64,000 bases of DNA from Eledone cirrhosa (taxonomy: Eukaryota), in NCBI GenBank assembly GCA_964016885.1, contig CAXHJY010000090.1, positions 22,991-86,990 on the forward strand. Reading direction: 5' to 3'. Both the position numbers and the translations under genes were made by a program. Positions 24,821 through 38,542 of this stretch are shown here, piece after piece (position 1 is the first letter of the stretch; each line of letters opens with the position of its first letter). The notes beneath the pieces are model-generated. The model did no database searches and was not told the DNA's origin. It saw only the letters and a list, made by a program, of their open reading frames with translations.

Positions 24821-25748
24821 TCAACTAGGGAGGGGTTCCTTCAACAGGAATGAGAAGACCCCGGGTTTCGATTGGATTAGATACAGAATTTCTGTCCATT
24901 TATTAAGATTTTAAATAAAATTCTTTAAAAAAAAAAAATATTAATAAAAAAAAAATAAAATCACAAATAAATAATTTAATAGGAAAGGAAGAAAATTTAG
25001 ATTAAGAAGACAGAATGGAATGTAAAATAAGAAAATATTTTTTTTAAATGGTAAAAGGATGGGAAAGGCAGAGGCTGTGGTGTCATAGAAGAATGCGGAG
25101 GGGAGCACGAGGCCTAGGGCATGGAAGAAATGGGGCTGCGACCACGAACAAGACTGCAAAAAACATTCCCACCGGACAATGACCAGCAACACCCGCTGCA
25201 TCAGCCACCCCCCACCTCATGGGGCTCCTTCCTCAGACAGGCCAAAATAAATAATTGTATTGAATCGTCAAGTACGAAATTTGTAGAAATTTGTAGAAGA
25301 AAAACAAATTTCTACAAATTTCATATTTGACGACCAAAATATAAATAATTGTATAAAACAAAAATATATAAGTAGTAAATAAATAAAGGAGAGAAATGAA
25401 ATTGTTTCTAGAATAATCTAGAACATCATCAGGTTGGATTTTACACGTAATTCCTTGGTTTGAAAGATGAAACTTTCCTCAACAAGCAGGTCACTCTCTC
25501 ATGGAATGCTACAATATAAAACATATGTGAACAGTTTTATCATATAGATATATAGATATATATATGTCTGTGTGTGTATGTATACGTGTGTGTGTGTGTG
25601 TATGTATATATGTGTGTGTGTATGAATATATATATATGTGTGTGTGTGTGCGTACATATAAATATATGCATGTATGTGTGTGTATGTATGTATATATATA
25701 TATATACATATAAATATATGTATATGTGTGTCTGTGTGTGTATGTATG

Positions 25749-25785
<37 letters not shown>

Positions 25786-25880
25786 ACATATAAATATATG
25801 TAAGTATGTGTGTGTATGTATGTATATATATATATATACATATAAATATATGTATATGTGTGTCTGTCTGTGTGTGTATG

Positions 25881-25933
<53 letters not shown>

Positions 25934-25966
25934 ACATATAAATATATGTAAGTATGTGTGTGTATG

Positions 25967-25999
<33 letters not shown>

Positions 26000-26488
26000 A
26001 TATATAAATATATGTATGTGTGTGTATGTATGTATATATATATATACATATAAATATATGTATATGTATGTGTGTGTGTGTGTGTATATATATACATGTG
26101 TGTGTGTGTATGTATATATAAATATATATACATATATGTATATTTATATATTTGTCATGAGCACTACTATAGTTTCTGTCCCGGTGTGTGTATATACACA
26201 CACACACACACACACATGTCATGTGCTGCATGGAAAACAAGAAAAGGGAGGAGAGAAAGATAGGTTTTTTTTTACTAGTTTGAATCATTAGACTGTGGCC
26301 AGGCTAGAGCACTGCTTTCAATGGCAATAGCAGACTACATAGACATACAGTAAACTTTTCAGTTTCGCATCTGTTTTATCGATATCTATTTGTCCAACTG
26401 CTAGGTTATGGAACATAGGTGGGCAGAACTTATGCAACACCAGTTTTTAGATTGGTGTCAAAACAAATATATTTGTTGTGTGTGTCTG

Positions 26489-26526
<38 letters not shown>

Positions 26527-26688
26527 TAGATAAATATACACGGGTGTGTATGATTGTGTATAGAAGATTATATTAATAAGAGGAATTCCAACTTTGTCTG
26601 ATTTACTCGTTTTATTTACAATCCTTTACAATTTATAATGGTATTATAATGAAATAGTATGATAGAATATTAAATGTTAAGTGTTAAT

Positions 26689-26727
26689 TGAACAAGTACT
26701 TTCATGCTTTTGCAATCTTCAGGTTCA
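26689..26727 (-). ncRNA. Minimal type I hammerhead ribozyme motif (mirror copy)
   Basis: Minus strand: tgaac CTGAAGA ttgcaaaagcat GAAA gtac TT gttca. Confidence 0.65.
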
Positions 26728-26800
26728 TAATGAGTGGTGACAGTCAAGTTTGCAATTTTCAACAGTTGAAAATTGCAAACTTGACTGTCACCACTCATTA

Positions 26801-26839
26801 TGAACCTGAAGATTGCGAAGGCATGAAAGTACTTGTTCA
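26801..26839 (+). ncRNA. Minimal type I hammerhead ribozyme motif
   Basis: tgaac CTGAAGA ttgcgaaggcat GAAA gtac TT gttca; stem I tgaac/gttca; palindromic stem III. Confidence 0.65.
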
Positions 26840-26993
26840 ATTAACACTTAGAATTTAATATTCTATCATACTATTTCATTATAATACCATTATAAATTTT
26901 AAAGGATTGTAAATAAAACGAGTAAATCAGACAAAGTTGGAATTCCTCTTATTAATATATATATATGTATGTATATATATGTATATATATGTA

Positions 26994-27278
26994 TGTCAGG
27001 TCACCAGTTGGTGCTACTGGTAACATGTATCCCAGTACAACCTGTCTCATGGTCGGGTCGTTGGCGACTAAACTGGCAACCCCATCAAGGTTTCCTGGTG
27101 AGGAGGGTGACTTTGGACATCCTGCAGGACTAAAAACAAAACCTGTCAAAGTGTTTGTACCAGAGTTTTCAAGTCGCTGGCTGGATTAAAAAGTCACACT
27201 CGTTCAGCGCATCGGTAGGGGTTTTCCTACATGGATATAAAGTAGTGGCCGTACTCGAAAACGAGTTAGCAGCCATCA
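26994..27278 (+). mobile_element. Internally deleted copy of the bipartite RTE-derived element
   Basis: The 5' ~155 bp is fused at cctgtcaaa|gtgtttgtacc to the 3' ~130 bp of the 610-bp element. Confidence 0.85.
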
Positions 27279-27288
27279 TGTATATATA

Positions 27289-27583
27289 TATAACAACTAG
27301 AAATTGATTAACATATAAATAAACATATGAAACAATCACAGGGGATAATTTTTTACAAGTGTGCAAGCACACATAGCTAGGTAACTAAATAAAGTTAACT
27401 AGAACTTCAAAAATAGATACATTATAATATGATTAATCTGATTATAAGGTATCTATTTTTGAAGTTCTAGTTAACTTTATTTAGTTACCTACCTAGCTAT
27501 GTGTGCTTACACACTTGTAAAAATTATCCCCTGTGATTGTTTCATATGTTTATTTATATGTTAATCAATTTCTAGTTGTTATA
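27289..27583. repeat. Long inverted repeat (about 140-bp arms, short spacer)
   Basis: tataacaactagaaattg...aaaatagatac / gtatctatttt...caatttctagttgttata. Confidence 0.92.
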
Positions 27584-27707
27584 AAATGCTCGGACCTATT
27601 CATTAGAATCTTGGAGCTTATTTTACGGGTGATATGGCGCATGCCTTTCTGGCATGACACCCATAATTTTGATTTAGATTAAATTCACTTTGATTTATCT
27701 TAATTTT

Positions 27708-27761
<54 letters not shown>

Positions 27762-27772
27762 ATATATGTGTA

Positions 27773-28384
27773 TATGGTGGCTGCCAACTCGTTTTCGAGT
27801 ACGCCCACTACTTTATATCCATGTAGGAGAACCCCTACCGATGCGCTGAACGAGTGTGACTTTTTAGTCCAGCCAGCGACTTGAAAACTCTGGTACAAAC
27901 ACTACACTTGTGACAATTATTGACACACAGTGTTGGGCCCATGGTACCATGTGATGACAAGTGCAGAGAGATCTCCAGATATAAAGCAATGCCTGTGCCA
28001 TGAAGCTTTTATAGTGAGCAAAGGCACTGCACAAAGCCAGCCCCACTCTCTTAACCAAGATGATATTTACCAAAAATAAGAACAAGTCAACATCATTGGA
28101 TACCATCAGGGTTGTAGGTGTTATATCAGAGTTTTCCTTCTCCTAGAATTCTGCTTTGACAAAGGCTAAGGGGTCATCTCTCCCAGTGATTTTGGATGGC
28201 CATTGACTCTTAAGAGCTCCTTTTCCCTTTGACAGATTTTGTTTTTAGTCCTGCAGGATGTCCAAAGTCACCCTCCTCACCAAGAAACCTTGGTGGGGTT
28301 GCCAGTTTAGTCGCCAACGACCCGACCATGAGACAGGTTGTACTGGGATACATGTTACCAGTAGCACCAACTAGTGACCTGACA
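27773..28384 (-). mobile_element. ~610-bp non-autonomous bipartite RTE-derived retroelement
   Basis: 3' part encodes HKCSVCTRVFKSLAGLKSHTRSAHR* (C2H2 finger typical of RTE ORF ends), then hairpin actcg-aaaa-cgagt and a (TA)n tail. Confidence 0.8.
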
Positions 28385-28460
28385 CATATATATATATATG
28401 TATATATGTATATATATATATGTATATATATATGTATATATATATATATATATGTATGTG

Positions 28461-28496
<36 letters not shown>

Positions 28497-28714
28497 TGTA
28501 TGTGTATATATGTATATATATGTATGTATGTATATATATCTATGTATATATATATGTATGTGTATATATGTATATATATGTATATATATATATGTGTATA
28601 TATGTTTATGTATATATATATATATATATGTGTATATATATGTATATATATATATATATATGTATGTGTATATATATATATGTATGTGTATATATATATA
28701 TGTATATGTATATA

Positions 28715-29325
28715 TGTCAGGTCACCAGTTGGTGCTACTGGTAACATGTATCCCAGTACAACCTGTCTCATGGTCGGGTCGTTGGCGACTAAACTGGCAA
28801 CCCCACCAAGGTTTCTTGGTGAGGAGGGTGACTTTGGACATCCTGCAGGACTAAAAACAAAACCTGTCAAAGGTCAAAGGAGCTCTTAAGAGTCAATGGC
28901 CATCCAAAATCACCGGGAGAGATGACCCCTTAGCCTTAGTCAAGGTAGAATTCTAGGAGAAGGAAAACTCTGATATAACACCTGCAACCCTGATGATATC
29001 CAATGATGTTGACTTGTTCTTCTTTTTGGTAAATATCATCTTGGTTAAGAGAGTGGGACTGGCTTTGTGCAGTGCCTTTGCTCACTATAAAAGCTTCACG
29101 GCACAGGCATTGCTTTATATCTGGAGATCTCTCTGCATTTGTCGTCACATGGTACCATGGGCCCAGCACTATGTGTCAATAATTGTCACAAGTGTAGTGT
29201 TTGTACCAGAGTTTTGAAGTCGCTGGTTAGACTAAAAAGTCACACTCGTTCAGCGTATCGGTAGGGGTTCTCCTACATGGATATAAAGTAGTGGCCGTAC
29301 TCGAAAACGAGTTGGCAGCCACCAT
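28715..29325 (+). mobile_element. ~610-bp non-autonomous bipartite RTE-derived retroelement
   Basis: Inverted, highly similar copy of 27773-28384. Confidence 0.8.
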
Positions 29326-29444
29326 ATGTATATATGTATATATATATATATGTATGTGTATATATGTATATGTATATATGTATATGTATATCTATATATA
29401 TATATATAAATATATGTATATATATATCTATGTGTATATATGTA

Positions 29445-29850
29445 TCATCATCATCATAGTTTAACGTCTATCTTCCACGATTGCATGGGTTTGGACGGGA
29501 GTTTTCCCACTTGAGACAAGAGTGATTATCCTGCTCATATAGGACTGTCTGTCAGGTTTTCTACGGCTGGATGCCCTTCCTAACACCAACCACGTTTACA
29601 GTGTGTACTGGGAGGTTTTTACCGTGTTACCTACACGGCCACATTTTTTGTCGGACTGGATGTTGTGGTACCAACATAACTTCACATTTAAGGGGGCGGT
29701 GTGGATGGGGTGAGGGTGGTGGGACGGAGGTGTATTTTGTTAGAGGTGCCTACTGATTGTAGGTTTCGCTTTGTATTTAGGCAAGGTGGGTCTTCTGTAT
29801 AACTGTGTAGCGCCAAAGATCTCGGTCCAGTGACATTGTCTTGGAGAGGT
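29445..29850 (-). mobile_element. RTE LINE 3' UTR fragment with (GAT)n tail
   Basis: Homologous to 30670-31138. Confidence 0.7.
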
Positions 29851-29871
29851 ATATGTATGTGTATATGTATA

Positions 29872-29905
<34 letters not shown>

Positions 29906-29989
29906 TATATTTATATGTATATGTATATATATATATATATGTATGTGTGTATATGTATATGTATATATATATATATGTATATATATATG

Positions 29990-30048
<59 letters not shown>

Positions 30049-30469
30049 ATATAAATATATGTATATATATATAAATATATGTATATATATATATATAAAT
30101 ATATGTATATATATATATATAAATATATGTATATATATATAAATATATGTATATATATATAAATATATGTATATATATATATATATATATATAAATATAT
30201 GTATATATATATATATATATAAATATATGTATATATATATATATAAATATATGTATATATATGTATATATATATATATATAAAATATATATATATATAAA
30301 TATATCTATATATATATATATATATATATATAAATATATCTATATATATATATGTGTGTATATATATATTTATAGGGAAAAGCGGACGTAAAATGATGAT
30401 GATGATGATATATAGATATGGAAAGGAATAAAGCATGCATGTGCCTTTGGATGTGTAATAGTAATACAC

Positions 30470-31138
30470 ACGAACGGCTAAACGTAAATGAACTAAGTGA
30501 GAAATTAGGAATACGAGGGACTACGTTGGTATGGTCACGTGATATGCATGAAATACGACAACTGTATAAAAAATTGCAGGGTGATCAAAATTGATGGTAG
30601 TTACGGAGTAGGTAGACCCAGAAAAACCTGGGACGATTTGATAAATTCCGACCTTACACACTTACACTTCTCTAAGACAATGTCACTAGATTGAGATCTT
30701 TGGCGCTACGCAGTAATACAGAAGACCCGCCTTCCCTACTTGCAAAGTTAACCTACAGTCACTAAGTCCCTCCAAACCAAACATTCTCCCCAACCCACTA
30801 CCCCTAATCCATCGTCCCACTCCTGCCAACACCACCCCTTTCTCTATAAAGTCATGTTGGTACCACAACATCCAGTCCAAACTAATGAGGTCGTGTAGGT
30901 GTCATGACTAAAAAAAAAAATGTGGTCATGTAGGTAACACGGTAAAAAGCTCCTAGTCCACACTGTAAATGTGATTGGTGTTAGAAAGGGCATCCAGCCA
31001 TAGAAAACCTGCCAGACAGCCCTATTTGAGCGAGACATGGTCACCCAACCTATGTTGCCTCAAATGGGACAATTCCCGTTTAACCCATGCTAGCGTGGAA
31101 GATAGACGTTAAATGATGATGATGATGATGATGATGAT
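30470..31138 (+). mobile_element. 5'-truncated RTE LINE: degenerate ORF C-terminus, 3' UTR and (GAT)n tail
   Basis: Encodes LRWYGHVI...GRPRKTWDDLI; the UTR holds the 48-bp-like unit, aagggcatccagcc and gcgtggaagatagacgttaaatgatgat. Confidence 0.78.
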
Positions 31139-31330
31139 ATATACAGTATATATATTTTTTTTTTTGCTTTGGACTATATTTGTAATATGGTTCTTAATGT
31201 TATACACCTCCTTAGTAATTTTTATTATATATTTTTACCCATAATCTTGCAATACTTTAGTGTATGTACACTCCATATTCTTCGGAGTTTCCGGCTTGTA
31301 TCGGCCGATAATACTTCTGTTGTTTTAATT

Positions 31331-31368
31331 GCCCTGATGAGTCCTTAATAGGACGAAACATTGTCGGC
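31331..31368 (+). ncRNA. Minimal type I hammerhead ribozyme motif in a probable Penelope-like terminal repeat fragment (about 31150-31420)
   Basis: gcc CTGATGA gtcct-taat-aggac GAAA cattg TC ggc; GUC cleavage triplet; AATAAA just downstream. Confidence 0.85.
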
Positions 31369-31413
31369 TAATAAAGACTTTTGATGTATTGAAGGCTTCT
31401 TTGTTTTACTTTC

Positions 31414-31458
<45 letters not shown>

Positions 31459-31871
31459 TCATCCTCACCAATTGCCGTCCATTTTGCCATGATTGCATAA
31501 CAGCTCCTCGCCAGTATAACTGAAATACGTATAATCCAATAAATACAATTAGTTAACATCTTCATACATATATGCATAAGAGTCATTAGAATGTCTGATG
31601 GAATGCTCTCTGTGTTCAAATCCTGTCATGGTCAACTTTACCTTTCATACATTGGAGGTGTATAAAAAAAGTACCAGTCAAGTACTGGGGTTGATTCTTC
31701 CTCTATATCTCTTTCTCACTTCCATTCTCTCACTCTCTCTATCATTCTCTGAACGAAATCTACTTTGATCAGACCTGGAGAAGAGATGGGCTCCGCCAGG
31801 TTTAAAAATATCCCAGAAACATAGTTTGTCAATACGGCGTCCCTAGGACTCCACCAGGAGTTACGGGATGA

Positions 31872-32045
31872 TAGGCAGTATTGGTAGAGGGTTGGACGCC
31901 ATGCTTTCTAGCATAGTTACGTCCCTTTATGGTCTGAGTTCAAATCCCGTTGAGGTTAACTTTGCCTTTCATCCTTACGGCGTCGATAAAATAAAGTACC
32001 AGTAATACACTGGGTAGGTGCTGGCCTTGTGCCAAATGTAGAAAC

Positions 32046-32050
<5 letters not shown>
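31872..32050 (+). mobile_element. tRNA-derived SINE, family A
   Basis: Same sequence as 1870-2060. Confidence 0.85.
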
Positions 32051-32080
<30 letters not shown>

Positions 32081-32082
<2 letters not shown>

Positions 32083-32319
32083 ATTCGTCAACACCTAGTT
32101 TTCTAAGAGCCCACCAGATAATGGAGCGGGGGGACTCTGTCGAAGGCTTTCTCCAAGTCGACAAAAGCTAAGTAGAGGGGTTTACCTTTAGCTAGGTACT
32201 TCTCCTGCCAGACAGTCCTATGCGAGCAAGACAATCACTCTTGCCTCAAGTGGGAATACCCCCGTCCAAACCCATGCAAGCGTGGAACACGGACGTTAAA
32301 CGTTGATGATGATGATGAT
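32081..32319. mobile_element. RTE LINE fragment with inversion: minus-strand RT piece fused to a plus-strand 3' tail
   Basis: 32208->32081 encodes QEKYLAKGKPLYLAFVDLEKAFDRVPRSIIWWALRKLGVDEW; 32204-32319 matches the RTE 3' UTR and (GAT)n tail. Confidence 0.82.
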
Positions 32320-32424
32320 ATATATATGTACATACACACATACACAGATACACGCATATAATTACATACATGCACACATACATACACACACACATACACA
32401 GATACACTAACTGCTGCATTATTT

Positions 32425-34120
32425 CCACCACCACACACTACACCACACACTAACCAAACAACACCCCAACACACCACACAACACTACACCATACCACACC
32501 ACAAACACCAACCAAACAACACTACACCACAACACACCACAACACAATATATATATATATGTATATATATATATAAATATATGCAACACACCACACCACA
32601 CTACATCACACCACACCAAACAACACCACTCCACAACACAACACCACTCCACAACACAACACAACACTACTCCACACTACACCACACAGCACACCAAACC
32701 ACACAACTCAACTCAACTCCACACCACACTACACCACAACACACCACAACACCACAACACACCACAATACACCACCACACACCACACCACCACGCACCAC
32801 ACTACACCACCACGCACCACACTACACCACAACACACCACCACACACCACCACACCACACAACACCACAACACACCACCACACCACACCACACTACACCA
32901 CCACGCACCACACTACACCACAACACACCACCACACACCACACAACACCACAACACACCACCACACCACACCACAATACACCACAACACACCACCACACA
33001 CCACACTACACCACCACGCACCACACTACACCACACTACACCACAACACACACCACACCACACCACACCACACCACACCACACCACCACGCACCACACTA
33101 CACCACAATACACCACCACACCACACCACCACGCACCACACTACACCACAATACACCACCACACACCACACCACACAACACCACAATACACCACAACACA
33201 CCACCACACTACACGACAACACACCGCCACACACCACACCACACTACACCACAACACACACAACACCACACCACAACACAACACACCACACCACACCACC
33301 ACGCACCACACTACACCACAACACACCGCCACACACCACACCACACACCACACACCACACCACACACCACACCACACTACACCACAACACACTGCCACAC
33401 ACAACACCACAACACACCACACCACACCACACCACACCACACTACACCACCACGCACCACACTACACCACAATACACCACCACACACCACACACCACACC
33501 ACACAACACCACAATACACCACAACACACCACCACGCACCACACTACACCACAACACACCACAACACACCACACTACACCACACCGCCACGCACCACACT
33601 ACACCACAACACACTACACCACAACACCACGCACCACACTACACCACAACACACCACACAACACCACAACACACCACAATACCACACTACACCACAACAC
33701 ACCACACCATACAACACCACAATACACCACAACACACCACACCACACCACACCACACCACACCACACCACACCACACCACACCACACCACACCACACCAC
33801 ACCACACCACACCACAATACACCACAACACACCACACAACACAATACCACAATACACCACAATACACCACAATACACCACAACACACCACACTACACCAC
33901 ACCGCCACGCACCACACTACACCACAACACACTACACCACACACCACACTACACCACAACACACAACACGCCACGCACCACACTACACCACAACACACCA
34001 CAACACAACACACCACAATACACCACAACACACCACACAACACCACAACACACCACAACACACCACAATACACCACAACACACGACACAACACCACAATA
34101 CACCACAACACACCATACCA
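32425..34120. repeat. Degenerate (CACAC/CACCA)n simple repeat
   Basis: Direct reading. Confidence 0.93.
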
Positions 34121-34789
34121 AACATTTGTTCTGCTGCTGTATTCAACTGATATATAAAACCTGATTCAGAAATAGATACTAGAAAGCAGATCTGTGATCT
34201 CTGATCAAATATCACATATTCCAGCTTTGCTCAACATAATTTAATAATCCAATCTGTAATCTCACAACAGAAGGTCAGCCACATCCCAAACTTCCATTTC
34301 TTAACCTAATATTTAGAAATCATAAAAAGATATCCTTAATCTTAATTTTTAATTCAATTTTAATTTTTTTCGCTGTCAGGTTTTTTCTGTTTTTTGGAGG
34401 GTGTTTTTTTTTTCGTGGGGTGGTGCAGCAGGTTTTTACCAAATTGTTTTAGCATTTTATTGTTTTTGTGTTTTATTTTACATAATATTTTATTTTTTTT
34501 ATTTATTTGTTTATGTATTTCATTTTTTAAACTTTTATATGTTTTATTTTTATTTTATATTTTATGTTTTGTTTTATTTCGTTTTTATTTTAATTTAATT
34601 ATTAATTTTTTTTTTTTTTACGTATTTATTTATTTCGTTTTTAATTTCGTTTCATTTTATTTCATTTTATTTTATTTTATTTTATTTTGCATTTTATGTA
34701 TTTTATTTAACCATCCAGCAGTCAGTTTGCTTATATAATCATGTTTCATCTATTTTTTTCTTGTTTATAATATTATATATTAGCCCAGC

Positions 34790-34835
34790 AATAAATATAT
34801 ATATATATACATTTATTTATACACATATTTTATAT

Positions 34836-34869
<34 letters not shown>

Positions 34870-35024
34870 ATATGTATATAAATGTATGTGTGTGTGTATG
34901 TGTGTACATATAATATATTTATTTATTTCTATAAACCATAGCATATTATATGTTTGTATATAATATATATATATATATATAATAAGTATATAATATATAT
35001 ATATATTTATATATATATAATAAG

Positions 35025-35057
<33 letters not shown>

Positions 35058-35102
35058 ATAAGTATATAATATATATATATATATTTATATATATATAATA
35101 AG

Positions 35103-35133
<31 letters not shown>

Positions 35134-35138
35134 ATAAG

Positions 35139-35183
<45 letters not shown>

Positions 35184-35435
35184 ATGTATATAATATATAT
35201 ATATATATTATATGTATATACTTGAAATATATATAATATGTATATAATATATATATATATATATATATAATATATTTATCTATATACATATTATATATAT
35301 ATTATATATACATATATATATATACATATATATATATGTACATATATATACATAAATATATATACACATATATATATATATATAAATATATATATATATT
35401 TATATATATATTTATATATATACATATCATATATT

Positions 35436-35491
<56 letters not shown>

Positions 35492-35666
35492 AATGTATGT
35501 ATGTATTACATTTAAGTAACTGCCGTACTAACAGTGGGAAATGAAATTTTGTTTCATTCTATTCCATTTATATATATTTATATATATACATATCATATAT
35601 ATATATATTTTATGTATATATATTTATATATATATATTTATATATATACATATCATATATATATTT

Positions 35667-35733
<67 letters not shown>

Positions 35734-35745
35734 CATTTTAAATAC

Positions 35746-35780
<35 letters not shown>

Positions 35781-35793
35781 CCTATCATATATA

Positions 35794-35828
<35 letters not shown>

Positions 35829-35846
35829 CCCATATTATATACATAC

Positions 35847-35894
<48 letters not shown>

Positions 35895-36074
35895 CCACAC
35901 ACCATAGTATAATCGGGTCCTTTCAAAACCTCCAGAAAAGGTCACAACTTGAACCCCTTATTCAATTTTAAACTCTCAGTGTTTAACTTCAGATATTAGA
36001 TTCTTTGCGAAAAAACTTCAGATCTGAAAAAATTCAACTGTAGGTAAAATTATCATTATATCATAGAGTTTATG

Positions 36075-36123
<49 letters not shown>

Positions 36124-36160
36124 GTATATATATGTATGTATGTATGTATATATATGTATC

Positions 36161-36219
<59 letters not shown>

Positions 36220-36412
36220 ATATGTATGTATATATATATATGTATATGTATGTATATATATATGTATATTTATGTAAATATATGTATATGTATATATATA
36301 TTTATATTTATATGTATATATATATATATTAATATGTATTTGTTTATATATATTTATATATATATGTATGTACATATATCTATGTATATATATGTATGTG
36401 TATATATATATA

Positions 36413-36462
<50 letters not shown>

Positions 36463-36797
36463 AATGTATATAAGTATGTGTATGTATATATATGTATATA
36501 TACATGTGTGTGCATGTATATATATGTGTATGTTTATATATTTATATGTATAAATATATATATATATATACATACACACACATACATACCCATATATTAT
36601 TTTGCTGTGACCGTTTCAAGGCTATATGGTTTATATAACATATAATATATAATATTCAAGAAAATCAAATCAGTTCTCCAACATATCTCCTGCCTTACTA
36701 CACACTCAGTGTGTTGATCTAATTTACCAATGTGGTACTGCTGGATGAAACATAGCTCCCAAACAACTGTTTCTTTCACATAATATCAAACATATCA

Positions 36798-36829
<32 letters not shown>

Positions 36830-36879
36830 ATGTATATATGTATATAATGTATGTATATAATGTATATATGTATATAATG

Positions 36880-36928
<49 letters not shown>

Positions 36929-37096
36929 ATATATATATGTATGTATGTATGTATATATATATATATATATATGTATGTATATATGTATATATATATATAT
37001 GTATGTATATATATATGTATGTATATATGTATATATATATATATATATATGAATGTATATATGTATATATATATATGGATTTATATATATATATGG

Positions 37097-37161
<65 letters not shown>

Positions 37162-37650
37162 TGTGTATATATATATATGTATATATGTATATATATATAT
37201 ATGTATACATATATATAAATATATGTATATATATATATGTATACATATATATAAATATGTATATATATATATAATGTATATATATATATATATAATGTAT
37301 ATATATATGTATATATATATATAATGTATATATATATGTGTATATATATGTATATATGTATGTATATATGCATGTATATATATGTATATATATATGTATG
37401 TATATATATATATATATATGTATGTATATATATATATGTATGTATATATATATATATATATGTATGTATATATATATATGTATGTATATATATATATATG
37501 TATATGTATATGTATACATATATATATATACATATATATATATGTATATATGTATGTATATATATATATATATAAGTATATATATATATATATAAGTATA
37601 TATATATATAAGTGTATATATATATATAAGTATATATATATATATATAAG

Positions 37651-37685
<35 letters not shown>

Positions 37686-37764
37686 ATGTATATATATATA
37701 TGTATATATGTATATATGTATATGTATATATATGTATATATGTATATATGTATATATGTATATG

Positions 37765-37796
<32 letters not shown>

Positions 37797-37834
37797 TATG
37801 TTTATATATGTATATATATGTATATATGTATATG

Positions 37835-37889
<55 letters not shown>

Positions 37890-37926
37890 GTTTATATATG
37901 TATATATATGTATATATATATATGTA

Positions 37927-37981
<55 letters not shown>

Positions 37982-38102
37982 ATGTATATGTATATATAAT
38001 GTATATATATATATATATGTGTATATATATATAATATATATATATATGTATATACATATATGTATATGTATATATAATGTATATATATATATATATGTGT
38101 AT

Positions 38103-38151
<49 letters not shown>

Positions 38152-38434
38152 GTTTGTATATATATATGTATGTATATATATACATATATATATGTATGTA
38201 TATATATATATATATATATGTTTGTATATATATATATTTGTATATATGTATATGTATGTATATATGTATATATAAACATATAATGTATATATATATATAT
38301 ATGTATGTTTGTATATATGTATATGTATGTATATATGTATATATATATTTGTATATATGTATATGTATATATATGTATATATATAAACATATAATGTATA
38401 TATATATATATGTATGTTTGTATATATGTATATG

Positions 38435-38470
<36 letters not shown>

Positions 38471-38471
38471 G

Positions 38472-38540
<69 letters not shown>
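34790..38540. repeat. Extensive (TA)n/(TATG)n microsatellite fields with short unique islands, ending in (GA)n
   Basis: Direct reading. Confidence 0.95.

Positions 38541-38542
<2 letters not shown>

Larger units (their letters stand above)
26569..26959. repeat. Near-perfect palindrome with 195-bp arms, centre 26764, bounded on the right by (TA)n
   Basis: ...gcaattttcaac-a-gttgaaaattgc...; only a few mismatches between arms. Confidence 0.95.

Noticed and set aside
28715-28865. HDV-like or twister ribozyme fit
   Set aside because: Hairpin-CTAA and GAGGAGGG motifs exist, but P1/P2/P3 pairings and the conserved loops could not be assigned consistently across copies.
32425-34164. His/Thr/Pro-rich proteins or telomeric repeats (also 680-1862, 55786-56880 and 59777-60682)
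   Set aside because: Degenerate C/A-rich simple repeats; not TTAGGG-type arrays, and open frames are compositional.
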